Source: Diadema antillarum (lineage: Eukaryota). From it: a stretch of 64,000 nt of DNA. Numbering within the stretch: the stretch's first letter is position 1; each line of letters opens with the position of its first letter. The notes under the pieces were generated by a model that worked only from the letters and a program-made list of their open reading frames with translations, ran no database searches and was not told the origin of the DNA. The stretch covers positions 992,001 to 1,056,000 of the forward strand of contig NW_027271040.1 in the NCBI RefSeq assembly GCF_040938485.1. The letters run 5' to 3'. The translations under genes and the position numbers were made by a program. Below are positions 11,931-25,580 of this stretch, one piece after another.

Positions 11931-12322
11931 GTATTTTCTCCCTCTCTCCTACAACGTGTAGTACCTTTCTCCTCTAATTTAAACCCTTTTCCAGTCCTCA
12001 CTATTGTTTATTCTTGATTGTCAAACATCAGGCTTTGTATTTAAAAGTAAGCTGCACAAAAGTGCAGATTTTTCATCCATTTGATTTTTTTTTTAATTAG
12101 GCAACTTAGTTCAGGAATTTCAGTTCAATATTTGAAATGTGCAATAGGAGTTTGATAATTATATGATAATCGCAGGGATGTTGATCAATATACATGCTTG
12201 TGTGAATTGTTGTGAGATATTGTCATGCGCTGTAAATCTGTATGTCCATTCTCTTTAGTTATAGTTATCAAATCCATGAATTTTGTGTTAGTTTATCTTA
12301 TGACTGTTCATGTCATCATGCG

Positions 12323-12559
12323 TACTTTATAAGCTTTCTGTACAATTTTTGTGAGGGTTTAATATTCGCAAATTTCGCAAATTACCTTTGGACAGTGAAT
12401 TTAGCAACATGCGAAAATGTCGCCATGCACTTGGGAAATAGTGTGCTCTAATATCATGATAACCTCGGTGTCAATTCGTGAAAATAACATCTTGCGAAAA
12501 TGTCTGTATCCTCCTCATTCACGAATATATCTGTAAAATAAATAACAGCTTATACAGTA
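12323..12559. mobile_element. TA-flanked DNA-transposon MITE (TACTGTA-type ends)
   Basis: Imperfect TIR TACTTTATAAGCT / AGCTTATACAGTA and internal TTCGCAAA/GCGAAAA repeats. A related diverged element lies at 32384-32595. Confidence 0.45.
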
Positions 12560-12609
12560 TTTGATGCATTCATCCAATGTGACCTTTTTTTTGCATGTTT
12601 TGTTTCCAG

Positions 12610-13155
12610 ATTGTCTACCTGCGCAACACCTGGGACCTCCTACGCTCTCGCTTCACAAACACCGCGGTCAACTACGACACCAAGCTGCGGTCTCTGCTCA
12701 AGTCGCTGAACGCCGGTGAGAACGTGGTGCCCCTCACGAAGACCAGCCTCCCCCACATACTGCCCATCATTCTACTCCTGGAGCGGGACTGGTCCTCGGC
12801 CCTGGACCGGGACTGGTCCCAGACGCCCACCAAGGAGGTCCTGGACTCGATTCCCAGCGGGGAACCCTGGGAAGAATCAGCTGCTTCCTACGGACTGGAC
12901 ATTTTGATTGGCCACTTACAGAACGCCCACATGCTTGCCCAGCAGACCAACTTGTACCGCATCAACGCCCACTCCAAGCTGGCCAAGCATCCACCAGAAG
13001 AGGGTGCCCTGGATATCTTCAGGGCTGAGCTGCACTTGCGGCTGCTGTGGGGGAGCCGTGCCACCACCGAGAACGCCACGGAGCGCTACACCCTGTTAGA
13101 ACAGGTCCTGAGCATCATGGCTCAGAAACTGGAGTTCAGTCAAAACAGTGTGTGA
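12610..13155 (+). CDS. BCAR3: BCAR3/SH2D3C-like terminal exon (CAS-binding C-terminus)
   Basis: tgtttccag|ATT...TGA. Contains IVYLRNTW, LPHILPIILLLER and LRLLWGSRATTENATERY...KLE, typical of NSP-family C-termini. Confidence 0.95.
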   Translation: MVYLRNTWDLLRSRFTNTAVNYDTKLRSLLKSLNAGENVVPLTKTSLPHILPIILLLERDWSSALDRDWSQTPTKEVLDSIPSGEPWEESAASYGLDILIGHLQNAHMLAQQTNLYRINAHSKLAKHPPEEGALDIFRAELHLRLLWGSRATTENATERYTLLEQVLSIMAQKLEFSQNSV

Positions 13156-14073
13156 TGTTGCCACTTGGAGTTCCAGGAACAGCTATGTCGATATACAAAG
13201 CATGCAAATTTGGCTGTGCTGTGTGATTCATCGAGGTGTTCATATGTTTCTTTACAACACACTTTTTAGGATTTTTTCAGCCGTTTCAAATTTTGTAGCA
13301 CTCTGACAGTGATGTCAAAAATCTTTCTTCATACGGTGTCGAGAATGTTTTAGTATAAGTTTGTATTCTTGCAGATGGGTCTCTTTCATGTTGATGGTTG
13401 GTCTGCCCAAAAATTCAGAGGTGGGTCAAAGGTTCTTTTGGAACAGCTTGCGACTCTGATGATCGTTTGAACGATCTGCCCAGTCTGCATGTATAGGATT
13501 CCACAGAGTGTCTTAGGCATGTTGATGGATTAGCAATAAGTTGGAAAAGATTTTTCTCTTACTTTCCAAGCGTGTTTGTTGGTTCTGGGCTGAACTAATC
13601 TCAAAATGCCAAGTGACAAAACCTTTGGCCGCATTGTACTGGTACTTTTCTTCACTTCAATAGTTACTATGCGGTATATTTTGTTCTGATTTCAAGCATA
13701 TTTCTCTGTGTAAATGTATGTACAAAGAAATGACAAAGTATTCAGCTAAGAGTGGTCGAAATAAAGCATCCTATGCATGTAATATAGTGTACAAAGAAAA
13801 GAAATAAATTGGTTTAAAAAAAGTCTTATGCCTAGGAAAGTACCATTGCATGCACTTGCTCATTTGCTATCACAGCTACAGCTTACAGTTCTTAAAGCTC
13901 TGCCCTATCCAAAGAGAAGGAAGAAGTAAGAGTTACATTACTCACTTTGCACTTAAAGCCATACACATTTCTCCAATGTTCTCGTTGTAGTGGAATTTTA
14001 TTTATTTTTTTTTAATTTTATTTTGTGTGTGTGTGTGTGTGTGTGCATTTTTTTTCCTTCGTAGGGTAAATTT

Positions 14074-14465
14074 TAAAGGGATCGTATAGTTTTGGTTGAG
14101 ACCTTATTTGAGGTTTCTAACATTTTTTGGTGAGATAATGAGAAACCTCTTATGACATATACTGAAAGAGCATGTAATTCTCTGAGGAATTCCAACGTTT
14201 ATTTGATGAAAATTGGTTTTGAAATGGCTGAGATATCCAAAAAAGAGCAATTCTAATAAAGTGTGGGACCCACACTTTATTACGATCGCTTTGTTTTACT
14301 TTGTTTTTGGATGTTTCAGCCATTCCAAACCCGATTTTCATCAAATAAACTTTGAATTCCTCTTAAAATGGTATGCTCTGCACTATTTTATAAGTGTTTT
14401 CTTGGTATCTCGCAAAAAGTTAAAAGCCCAATTCTCATCTCCACCAATACTGTACCATCCCTTTA
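14074..14465 (-). mobile_element. T2/Kolobok-type MITE family A, copy 2
   Basis: Reverse complement of 8999-9386, with central perfect palindrome TAATAAAGTGTGGG-A-CCCACACTTTATTA at 14254-14282. Confidence 0.8.
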
Positions 14466-16257
14466 TTAATGTGAGCTGATTAATTTCCAGCACCTCACAT
14501 TCAGCGTAATAGTGAAGTTTGTAGTTGCTGCATCCAGTCAATTTGCATTACTGCTTCCCTGTGGGGAAAAAACAAACAAACAAATATCATGAGATGTTCA
14601 TCTAGTGTGTTTTAATTCTCTGTGTCGAGTTGAATGAAAAGTGCATCCAAGCATCGTGTGTCCAGCAGAAGGGCATAAGTGCATATTTCGATGCAAAATG
14701 GACTTTGGTAGATGAGTAGGTCAATCAAATTTTCAAAGCACTGGGTTCTGTTGCGTAATGTTATCATAAGAACTGTCAGCACTACAGGGACATTATACTC
14801 ATCTGTTCAGTGTCAGTAGTGTAGAGGGTTGGTTTGTTTGCAAGTGGACATTGAAGCACTTGTTATTGCTGTACTCTGTAGGGGACTTTGAGTGTTTGTT
14901 GTAGTGTGACTACCCAGTTCAAAACCCATTAAAAGTTGCAGATTAGGATTCTCCGTATGTATGCTATTTGGGTTGTCCGACTCAAATTTCCTTATCTTTA
15001 ACCCTTTCCATGCCACTGAGTTATTTGTACACAAATTTCATGCACAAAGCTATGGATAGGAAGTTAGTGTGGCACACAGAGGGTAAAATCCTAATTTCTC
15101 CCTTTTTAAATAAAAATAAACTTTTTGAATAGGTTAGGATGGTCCAATTCTCACAAGTTATGTTTATATCATTTCAAAGTGTAGAGCTTATTCTTTTTAA
15201 CTTTGCGGACAAGTGGAAATTCATCTCGGCCTACTTTTTGTGTGTTTTGAGCTGGGCAGTCACAACTTTGTGACTGGTGCATGGCAACTAAAATCATGCC
15301 AGCAGTGGTTTTGAGAAGTTTGTATTTTGTGAATCCAGTAATCTAGAAACTGTAGGTTACTTCACAAGTGAGCTCCTGTTCATTTAGCTTGCTTGTATTT
15401 CTTTTTTTTTTGTATGGAGCTTCAGCGTTATATTTGCTGTAATTAGAACACAGAATTCATTTATCTTGCCAAAGGTTTTTGCCCTCCTTGTTTAATATTT
15501 TGCTTTTCCTGTTTCTCTGAGGTATAGATGGTGCTGCTTTTTGTTTTCATAAAGAATTTGACTTGATATAACCATAACAGTTTTGTATTCAAAATTTAGA
15601 TGTTGATTGATTATGACAGAAAATTGCATTTCCTTTGTATCTAGGTTTGCTGCAAAATGTAAAATTCCAGTTTGAGCGTGTTCAACTTGATGTGACCACA
15701 TAATTTAATTCAAAGTTGCTGCGGTATTGGGGTTCGATTTTTACTTTATATCGTTTTTAGGTGTTAGACAAGCTTTAACTGTTGTGTTTTATCCGTGTAT
15801 GCTTAATCCTATTTCTGGTGGTGGACTGTGAGTTGTGTAAAGCGTGTCCATGCACCAATAGTGTAGGATGATGTTGCCTTGTTAAGGTTTTGTAAAAAAT
15901 GATTATGTGATGACCCATGATTGCGAGTTTTCGGCAATCATTAAATTGATATTTCTCTGATGCACTTTGAATGCTATTTTCCAAGTGTTTCTTACCCCGC
16001 TGTGTTCAGAGACCTTGTTGCTCCTGTATAATGTATATTGGCATTTCAGAGTGTGGGAGGATTGGGGTTATGTCTGACTACATCGCCCTTGTATGTCAGA
16101 AGTACACTATGCTGATGTTACTGCTACATCTGTTAATCTCTACTATGTTTTGTATGTGAAGTGGGCCATGTCCATCTCGTACTGTGGTGTCTTTTTTTCC
16201 CACTGATAAGCAAAGATCACTGAGAATTTACTACAAGTGAATAGGGCTTGCATAATT

Positions 16258-16683
16258 GTTACCCTCACTGAGGAAGGAGGTTATGTTTTTGTTTGTGTTG
16301 GTTTGTCTGTTTGCAAAATAACTCAAAAAGTTGTGAATTAATTTGAATGAAACTTACAGGAAAAGTCAAAATGACACAAGGAACAGAGAATTTAATTTTG
16401 GTAGTGATCCAGGAATTTTTATGGATTTTTGAAGGATTTTTTGATCTTTTGACAGATGGGATCAATAAACTTGGTAGTTCAAGCTTCACATAATTGAGGC
16501 TTGCATATATGCACTGCAAAGTGTGTGCTCTGCTCGGGCAAGGCCCCATGTTGCTGGAAGCTGATGACGTAAAGCCAAATGATTCCATATTGGGAAATTG
16601 GGCGATTTTCAATAGGAAGCATGTATAGTCAGTGGAAATGAGCTGCTTGGCGAAGGTCTGCGCTATACAAATGCTTTTGTTGT
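16258..16683 (+). mobile_element. Helentron-associated (HINE/DINE-like) element J, copy 1
   Basis: GGAGGTTATG 5' end, GTTT/GTCT microsatellite, 3' CTTGGCGAAGGT subterminal repeat and T-rich end. Homologous to 26942-27372. Confidence 0.65.
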
Positions 16684-18385
16684 TTAATCAATATGTTTGG
16701 TATCAGTGGGGATTCTGTGAGGAGTGGGACTTTCACATTGTACATCCTGCTTTCTATAGAGTGTTGCAACCTGATGTAAAAATTGACAAGTGCTGAGGGG
16801 AGAATCATGAGAATGCCAGTAGGCATGATCTCCCCCCAAGAAGTCCTACAAGTGTGAAAGGGGCCACTTTGACAGAAGAGGGAATATGGGCTACCTGATT
16901 AGATAGTGTTGACCCTACCCAGCAGAACCAAGCAGCAAACTTAGCAGTATGAATGGGGCTACTTTGTCAGTAAAGAGTGTGGTCAGAGCAGAATACCTGA
17001 TCAACTTGAGTCAACCTTACCTAAGGAACCAAGGAAACATTTGGAAGTCCCAAGTAGAAAAGGTGCTACAGTTGTTGATGAGAGCGAGGTCATCTGTTTA
17101 TATAACCAATAAACAAAGCTTGGGAGTAAGACTCATTTTCATGTTTGATGTACTGAGCCAATATACATAACTAGCCAACCTACTATGGATATATGGTAGC
17201 TAAGTATCTTTCCATATTTCTTTGTTTTTGTTGATTTTTTTAAATCCTGCAACATCTTATACTTTTGGTGTTTGTGACTTGTTGATGATAATGACATTTT
17301 TTATTACTAACTGAAATGTGGTTGGTTTCTTTATGAATGCAAACCACCAATACAACGTGTGATGCACTCATATTGCCATTAATGAGTGATGTGCGACAAG
17401 CAGTTCGTGTAAACTGTAGAATAGCTATTCTCTCTAGACAGAACTATACTCACAGCAATTTCATGTTCATCATTCACTTACCCTTTTTCTGTTCTGTAAT
17501 AAATTCTTATGATGTTCATGTAAGCCATTGACCATGGAAAAGTTCAAGTGAAAAATGTATCAATGTTCTCATCACTTTTACAGTGAATACCATTTAATTG
17601 CTAAAGATAATGATTTTTCATTTTCTTTCAATACAACCATATCTGTATTGATCCTTCTTAAGATCCATGGTACCAATGTATTCAATGCTTTTGTTTTTTG
17701 TTTTTATCAATTGATTATAGGTATCATTTTTTCCCTATTTTCTCTTAGTATTACCTTGTTCATAGGATTAAGGCCATTTTAGACTTTAGTTATTCATTCA
17801 TGTAGAGCAAAATGTAAAGAGTTTCTGAGGACATGGATTGTGGCAGTGCCATTTAAAATGGTTTCATTTAAGGGTTGTCATTGCTGTTTCTGGCTTGTAT
17901 TTCAGCCGTACTAAACTCCACTGTCCAGTTCTGTGGGCTGAGATGTTGTCAGGGTATGAACATAACGAAGCATTTCAAATATGTAGGTATATTCAGGGCA
18001 ACAGTGCTCTTTGCTTTTAATATGACACTGGATGTGTGCCAAAAAGATTAAAAAAAGACCTTTCATTAGGCAAGATCATCCCCAATAAGAGAAGATGGCG
18101 CTCTCAAGATTCTTAGAATTACTGACAGATTCCACAATGATAACACTGATTACCTTTTTTTTTTTCGTTGTCTCATACACCTCGTATAAAGACCCAGTCT
18201 TTGACCAGAGTTAATAATAATTTCTCCTCGTGGCATAGATTTATGGATCCTGCCAGTCTGTTCGTGTGAGATATTTTGAAGAAGACTTTATTTTACTGTT
18301 TGCTTTATTTGTTTTGGTCTATCTTTGTTGTTTTGTTTAAATTAAACACAGAATATGTATAGCTTGGCCAAAAATGAAAAAAAGT

Positions 18386-18563
18386 NNNNNNNNNNNNNNN
18401 NNNNNNNNNNNNNNNNNNNNNNNNNNNNNNNNNNNNNNNNNNNNNNNNNNNNNNNNNNNNNNNNNNNNNNNNNNNNNNNNNNNNNNNNNNNNNNNNNNNN
18501 NNNNNNNNNNNNNNNNNNNNNNNNNNNNNNNNNNNNNNNNNNNNNNNNNNNNNNNNNNNNNNN
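18386..18563. other. Assembly gap (178 N)
   Basis: Run of N. Confidence 1.
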
Positions 18564-18851
18564 AACTGTATGACATACCATGTGATGCAACATCAGTTTG
18601 ATTTGCAGAATTTAAGTGAGATCATCACTTGAGAAGCAGTAAGGTCATATCGTTTATAACAACCTGCTTCTCAACTGATGACATTGTATGAATTCAGAAG
18701 TACTGTAATACACAGTTTACCCATTACGATTGAATGTCTGTGATTGCACTGTGTTACACGATTTACCTTCGGTGTTTTTCTTGTAGATGGCAGGCAAAAA
18801 TGAAAAAGGAATGTATTAATTCTGGGGTAGAAGTCTTTTTCATCTGTAGAC

Positions 18852-19053
18852 TTAAAGAGGAAAGCCAGTCCATATATAAGTTAGTCTGATAAAAAAGAGT
18901 AAAATCTTACTAGTTCAATGGTAAAAATTTGACTGAAATCGGATGAAAAATAAGGAAGTTATGACAATCTGAAGTTTTGCTAATTTCTGCAAAACAGTTT
19001 TTGTACAGTGGATATGAATAAGCAAATGAGTGAGCTAACCATGTCATACCCTT
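18852..19053 (+). mobile_element. T2/Kolobok-type MITE family C, 3'-truncated copy
   Basis: TTAAAGAGG start; highly similar to the first ~200 bp of 37772-38399. Confidence 0.65.
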
Positions 19054-19722
19054 GAAGTACACAACCACACCTTCTACCTTCTGGTGTTTTTACACAAGCT
19101 GTGTATTGTTCTGTACAAAATGTACCGTCTCGTAGGAGATTGGCTAATGGGCCTTGTGAATGTTGTAAATTAGTTTGTTTGTTTGTTTGGATTTATTTAA
19201 TGTGCTCACTATTGTAGGAGGTACTGAAATGCTCATGAGCAAGGTACTGTGGGATGGACTGCTTCAAGTCCCTACTAGCTACTAGATTGATGCAACATGA
19301 TGCGGTTAATATTTTTATCTTTTCCTTCTTTTTTGTCTGTGGCATTTAAGAAGAGAAGAAAGACTGTGATCGTTTTGCTTTAGTTTGAAATGTGCAATAA
19401 GAGTATAAAGGCTGCCGCACCTGTTACTTTGCTAGGGACTTTGAGCTGTCAAGTAACAATGATCTCACCCGGGCACGAGTGGGGTAAAAATTGTTACGAG
19501 CATTCTGAGGTGCCAAGCTGAAGGCAGCTTCAATCTCTGCCTTAATAAATCACCCGTTGAGCGCTTGCATGTACTGTGGGTTGGTTGCACCTCACATTCA
19601 TGGTGTTACATAATGAAGTTCTTGTGACTGTATTTTTCATCATACTAATAATTATATCTATATATCTATATATATATGAATCTATTATATATATTATGCC
19701 ACCATGATTTTATTTATTTTCC

Positions 19723-19728
19723 AATAAA
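19723..19728 (+). terminator. Candidate distal polyadenylation signal of the BCAR3-like gene
   Basis: AATAAA followed ~30 nt later by a GT/T-rich tract. A proximal AATAAA also occurs at ~13803. Confidence 0.3.
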
Positions 19729-20834
19729 AGGGAAAGCGACTCCAAACTTGAAATGTGTTGATTTGTTCTTTTGTGTTGTTGTGGAGGCATATGCATATCT
19801 CATAAGTGTGTGTAAAGCTGTAATTTGAGGTGAGTGTAACCAGTTGGAGAGTACTCCAGAGTTTACTCAGGGAGGTGTCTATGTGAAATGTGTGTTATAG
19901 CAAAATCAGTTCTCCCTCAACGGGGCAGCAAGACTAGACGTTAACAACATACACTGTACTATCCTGCATACATACAACACTTATACAACACACACACACA
20001 CACACTTTACTAGTTCCACTCCTCCAGACCTATAGGTGATATGCGACTTCTGTTTGTACAAATGATGATACACAAAAGGCTCTGAATGTAAATTAGGTCT
20101 TTCCATTTCATTCCATTCATGGTCTTTGATGCATGTGATATTGACTGTACATACATTATATAGATAATGACTGGCGGGGGAGGGAACATACCGAAATACC
20201 ATCATCTGTTATGGGTTGATATTATAGTCAAAGTAACGTCAACGCACTCGATCGCTCGCGCAGAGACAAATTCACTGTGCGCGGGTCCTTCAAATCACAC
20301 ATTCGTACGCATTACAATAATTGGTCATCTGCTTTTTCACATTGTAAGGAATAGGCAAATTTATCTTATTGTGTGAAAAATATGATCGTTCAACCATTTG
20401 GTATCGTTTGTCATTTGTTACGTGAAAATGTTTTCCCATGGTAGAACATTACAAAAATGTTCTGCCCATGGGCAAACATAACCAATGTGCCTCCATCACA
20501 TGACTGTGTTTAGCCAATCACTAACTGGTATTTGACTTACCCATTTAATATATGTAATATTTTTTCAATCATGTTTAACAAAACATACAGCTGCATGGGG
20601 TTTGTAACAATGCTTGCAGGCCACACACACAAGAACAACCAAATGTATTGATACAGTATTCAAAAGGAAATTTCAATACACAATTTTTTGCTTTTATTGG
20701 CATTTAAAAGTCAAAATGTAGATCATTTCGTTCTGATCCATGCAGAATATTCAGCAATAATGCTCCAAAGTGTAACAATCCATACTACAGTATTATATCA
20801 CGGTATGATTTATAATATTCTGTAACATCATATA

Positions 20835-21240
20835 CACAGGGTGTCCCCCTCAAAAAAAGATACTCTTAAAATCGCCCAAAGATGAAAATTCTTATTGAAT
20901 TTTAGAAAGATAATTATAGATACGGATAGTTGAAAGTCTCTCCTACCTCACGACACCAAAAAGCCAGGAAATATTTTATACTTGAGTGAGCACTGCCCAC
21001 TAGTATGAAGAACATGCAAATAAGGTTGCTGAGGAATTGGCTATCTACATTGTTATGGATGATGGTCCCAAAAGACATCATTTTGAGCCAGCTTTTGCCT
21101 AAGTTTTGGACAAGGTGCGGAGTATAGAATTGATATTGCATAGATGGCGCCATTTTTAAAGACGTTTTTGACCTTTTCGGATTTTTCATTTTTATAGTAA
21201 ATAGCTGTCCTTTGTAAGATACAGTCATGTAGATATACTA
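20835..21240 (+). mobile_element. Possible truncated mariner-like remnant
   Basis: CAGGGTGTCCC left-end motif and internal AGATGGCGCC. No right TIR or ORF seen. Confidence 0.3.
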
Positions 21241-22517
21241 GCAAACAAAGAATAAGAAAAAGTTAACCATACTCGATGCAGCATTAGCGGGCTTTCCATC
21301 CAATGTTCAATATTGACCTATGTTCTGTTTTGTTTTGTGCTTTTTCCTGGGGGGTGTGAAAAAATAATTGCTGGGAGGATGAGCGTGAGATGGGTCGCTG
21401 GGGAGTGAGACTTGCACCATGGGTGTGACACTTGGTAAGTCTGAAGCACACCGTCATGCAATCTACAATACCTGAATAGGCGCAGATGTCTGGAATCAAA
21501 CTGTCAAACGTTACAGAGATTACCTAATCCCTATTGTGTCACCAAGGCCTTCCTGTTAGGAGTGAGGCACATCGCTACATCTGAATGGGCTGGCTAACTT
21601 AACTACTAAATAGGTCAGGTTAGGATGGATTTACTGAAAGTTGAAGAGAAGGCTTTAATAGCAATTCAAACTATTAAAGTGCTGGGCACACAAGGGGTTA
21701 AAGACAATATGGGCCAATAAAGGCTTTGTGCTTCCAGCTTTCATCTATATTGTATCACACAACAATCTGCACTCAAAACATGCAAAAAACACAACATTAA
21801 AAACAAACGTACCCAGTTCAGGGTAAAATTGTAGCTCAACAATGCCTCACTGTAGGTCTGAATGTACTTTGAATAAGTTAATACATCCAAATATACACAC
21901 ATGTATTTACTCTTTGAATCATTCAGGTTGAGCAGTATACGGAAGAGCCTATAGCACATCATGGCATCATAAAATCAATCACACATAATATATTTTTCAG
22001 TAATCTAGTGACATCTCATTGAGCTATGGCTATCATTTTCTTCAGCTTTTATTTTTTTGAATGATTTACGATAAATGCATAGTTCATGATGCAATACACC
22101 GTTTAAAACTCCCATGCATGTACATACATGTACACATAATGAGTGCAAATTTCAAATACAATGTACTCTGTCCTAAAATGTTAGCAAATGACAAACGCAA
22201 TTTAAAAAACAAACAAACAAACAAAAACAAATAGACAAACATTCCAACTTGTTCAAACGTTTACGCTGTAGGGAACAACAAGTTTCACACAAACGGATCC
22301 TTAAATATACGGTGTATTTAACTTCGATACTACACACAAGGGAGTTGCTTTTAACATATTAAAGTTAACATTTTTTTTTTTTTAAATCGAACATTTATTG
22401 TTGACCCTAACACAACAAACTTTGTTTTTCAAAGGACAAAATTCAAATCACTATTCAAATTTGATTCACTTCCTCCTTCAACTCATCCTCCTGCATGTTT
22501 CTTGAAATGCAAGTCTA

Positions 22518-22704
22518 CAGTGCACTCCCGTTATAATGAACACAGCTATAACAAAATTCCGGTTACAACAAAGTAAAAATTATTAGGCCGCAACGTTATC
22601 GCCTCTATGTTTTTTATAGTTTATCTGTTTGGTTATAACAAAATTTTGATATAATGAAAGACAACTGCCGGTCCCGAGGACTTTGTTATAACAGGAGTCC
22701 ACTG
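22518..22704 (+). mobile_element. Tc1/pogo-type MITE family D, copy 1
   Basis: TA|CAGTGCACTCCCGTTATAA...TTATAACAGGAGTCCACTG|TA. Homologous to 39150-39335. Confidence 0.75.
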
Positions 22705-23167
22705 TATCAGTGTGAATCAAATACTGAATACAGCTGGATTGTCGCTCTTAAGTCTGCATGTGGTTACAACTCACTGTAATTGAAATAAAAGAAAACCTGC
22801 AGTGGGACGGCAACTTCATTAGATGAAGATGTGAAATATTTCGGGGGATGGATCTTAACAATAATAATCCCACAAAAGAATGGATGAGCTTTCAAAATGT
22901 TATAATATGCATACCAAATACACATACATGGTGATCTTCTCACATCTCTCCAATAAACACCAACAGTTTGGTTCAGAGCCACAATCAACTCAAAGAAGGC
23001 AGCATCAGTACACGTGTATATAAACATACAATGTATGACCCTAATATAATATCTTTGCCATTATAGAGGCATATTATTATTTTTTTCTATTTTTTGCTTT
23101 TGTACGTGTACATCGGTACATCACCTCTAGCTTGGTAAAAAGTCATGTCCAAGGTCTACCCGAGGTA

Positions 23168-23306
23168 CAGTAAACCTCGCATGAGTCGAAGCTCTCGGGA
23201 CTGACAAAAATGCGTCGACTTAAGTGAAATTCGACTCTCGCGAGAGTCGATTTTTTTTTCGACTCACAGACAGTTATGTACATGTATTATAGTACATTTG
23301 CATGCA

Positions 23307-23337
<31 letters not shown>

Positions 23338-24087
23338 GTGTGTTGCATTCAAATTTGTCTGTTCTTGAAGATAATGTTCTTATTTTGTTCAAAATTGAAC
23401 ATGGAATTTGTATCAATACTAGTAGTTAAACGTAGTTCTGAGAATGTCTGCGCCCGGCAATGTGCATGTGCTATGTCTGTGGTGCAACATAGGTAGCCAT
23501 CACTGTCAACCTACCCTGAGACAAACACTCTCCCAGGCCCATCCCACCTCCATTGAACAAAACTATACAGCCAGCCGGGCAGCCGGGCACGCACAAACAA
23601 GCTCCGCCCACTTGGCCTGTCACTAAAATATTAAAGCAGCGATTGGTTGACCAAGGAGTTCTGGCTTGACATGGATAAAGTATGGATGTGCTGTGTGTAT
23701 GGATAAAGTATGGATCGATGTTCTGTGTGTATACATATTTACATGTGTATGTATTCGACATGCGTGCAGAGCGGTACGGTGAGTGTGCATGCTTACCTGC
23801 AGCAGGCCAGGGACGGGGCTCTGCGACATGCCGATTTTTTTGTTCTCCTCTAAATGTAATGAGAATGCCAGACAAATCTTCTTCGGCTCAAGTGATGTAA
23901 ACTACGTGTATTTTGTACAAAAGGGACTGAATGTTTTACTTCGACACAGCCGAAATTCGACTCTCGTACTTCGGCTTATCCAAATATTTCTTAGAGAAAA
24001 TACATAGGGAAAAATCGGGACTTTTTATTTTGCTTCGAGTTAAGTGATTTTCGACTCACTCGACGTCGACTTATCCGAGGTTTACTG
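23168..24087. mobile_element. Tigger/pogo-like non-autonomous element (920 bp)
   Basis: TA|CAGTAAACCTCG...CGAGGTTTACTG|TA, with subterminal TTCGACTC repeats and internal (TG)n. Confidence 0.75.
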
Positions 24088-25369
24088 TATTTCTTTATTG
24101 TCTGTGCACTTCAGACTTCACACATACAGTACCAGGCGCCACTACTCTTTCTTCACTCTTAATCAGGTCAGGACCATTCCTGCATCATTTTGGATCCACA
24201 AAATTATAATGCTTCCTCCGTTTGCCTGCCAAATCTATTTGATACACTTGATTACAACATCTTGGTACATACCCATGAGGTATAGGAGATGAAGGGGATG
24301 CATGTGTAGCTTCTATTAACCCGTTCCATACCAAATTCTAAAATCTCCATTGATGTAATGCACAGGCAACCAGGTTCCAGTATGGAATGGGTTTAAATCC
24401 TGCACCATCAAACATTCCTTCCCCCTCCCCTTCACATCTTGTTGTTTTCCAGGATGTGGTTAAGATAATCTCTCTACAATTCTCTGTTTTCATGGGTAGT
24501 TTACCAACACGGGCAATGTACACAATGTACAAAGATTAAATCTTTGAGTACTTCAAAAACTAAATATTTTTTGCCTTCCCCACTTGCCATTTACGATATA
24601 CATCATGTTCAGTATCATGTATTATTGCTGCAAATAAGAATAAATTTCATGAGCAATGACAATCACCATGCTTGTATGATTTACCGGTATTCTAAACTCA
24701 ACTTGCATGGGAGAAAAAGTACAGGGACACTCTGAGCACCAACTGTGCCTCTTCAGGTGATATATTAAAGATCAATAACACAGAGGGCATATTGAGACCA
24801 TCTCTGATGGCGTTGGAACAGATAGGGAAAATACTGCAAGCATAAACCTCATACTACCATCAATACACCTATGACCTCTAGGAGACCTACACCACAGGCA
24901 AACTAGTACATGTACATAGCCTTGTCAAAGCTTGTTCATACACGAGCTCGGACAAAAAATATTTTCAGATGCTTCTTCGTGACGTGAGACGAGGATGAGA
25001 CCTCACTGTGTACACCTTGCTGCACGAAGAGTCGGTCTGTGAACAAGTCTCTAGAGCTGGCAGAAGACTGAGCAGCGGGTTCAGCTTCAGATTTGGAGAG
25101 CTGTCCAGACTTTCTGATTTTGTTTGGTTGTTTGTACACACAGCCACAAGCATGAACTTAAAAATAGATTCAAGTTCCACTGGTATTATCACTGCACAAC
25201 CTGGCAAGGATAACTTAATGACAATTTTTGATTGCAAGAGCCACCTTCCCTGAACATCACAAATCTATGTCATATACATAAAGATATATATCTATAGATA
25301 ATATTTTTATAATATTCTCAAATCTTTGAGAAAGAGTCCATCACACAAGCGAACTCTGCTGAGCCTGTG

Positions 25370-25518
25370 CTATACATTGAAACTTTCACCGCATCCACAT
25401 GTGCCCTTGATATTTGGATTGTTGAAGACAAATTCGCTGGCCAGCTTCGACTCCTGAAAGTCCATTTCCGTTCCAAGCAGCGTCAGCTGTGCCTTGGAGT
25501 CAATGAAGATTTTGACAC
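25370..25518 (-). CDS. ISCA1: Iron-sulfur cluster assembly 1 homolog, exon 3
   Basis: ctgtcag|GT GTC AAA...GTA TAG. VKIFIDSKAQLTLLGTEMDFQESKLASEFVFNNPNIKGTCGCGESFNV* carries the A-type carrier CGCGESF motif. Confidence 0.96.
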
Positions 25519-25580
25519 CTGACAGATGCAAACACATAAAAATGAATTGGTCTGCTATAAGTTACATTCAAAAAATGATC

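Noticed and set aside
13484-13510. CTGATGA followed by a hairpin (TCGTT-TG-AACGA)
   Set aside because: No GAAA after the stem and no helix I/III, so not a hammerhead.
18337-18601. ORFs spanning N runs (also 33880-34297, 61217-61507, 61926-62165)
   Set aside because: Artefacts of translating gaps as X.
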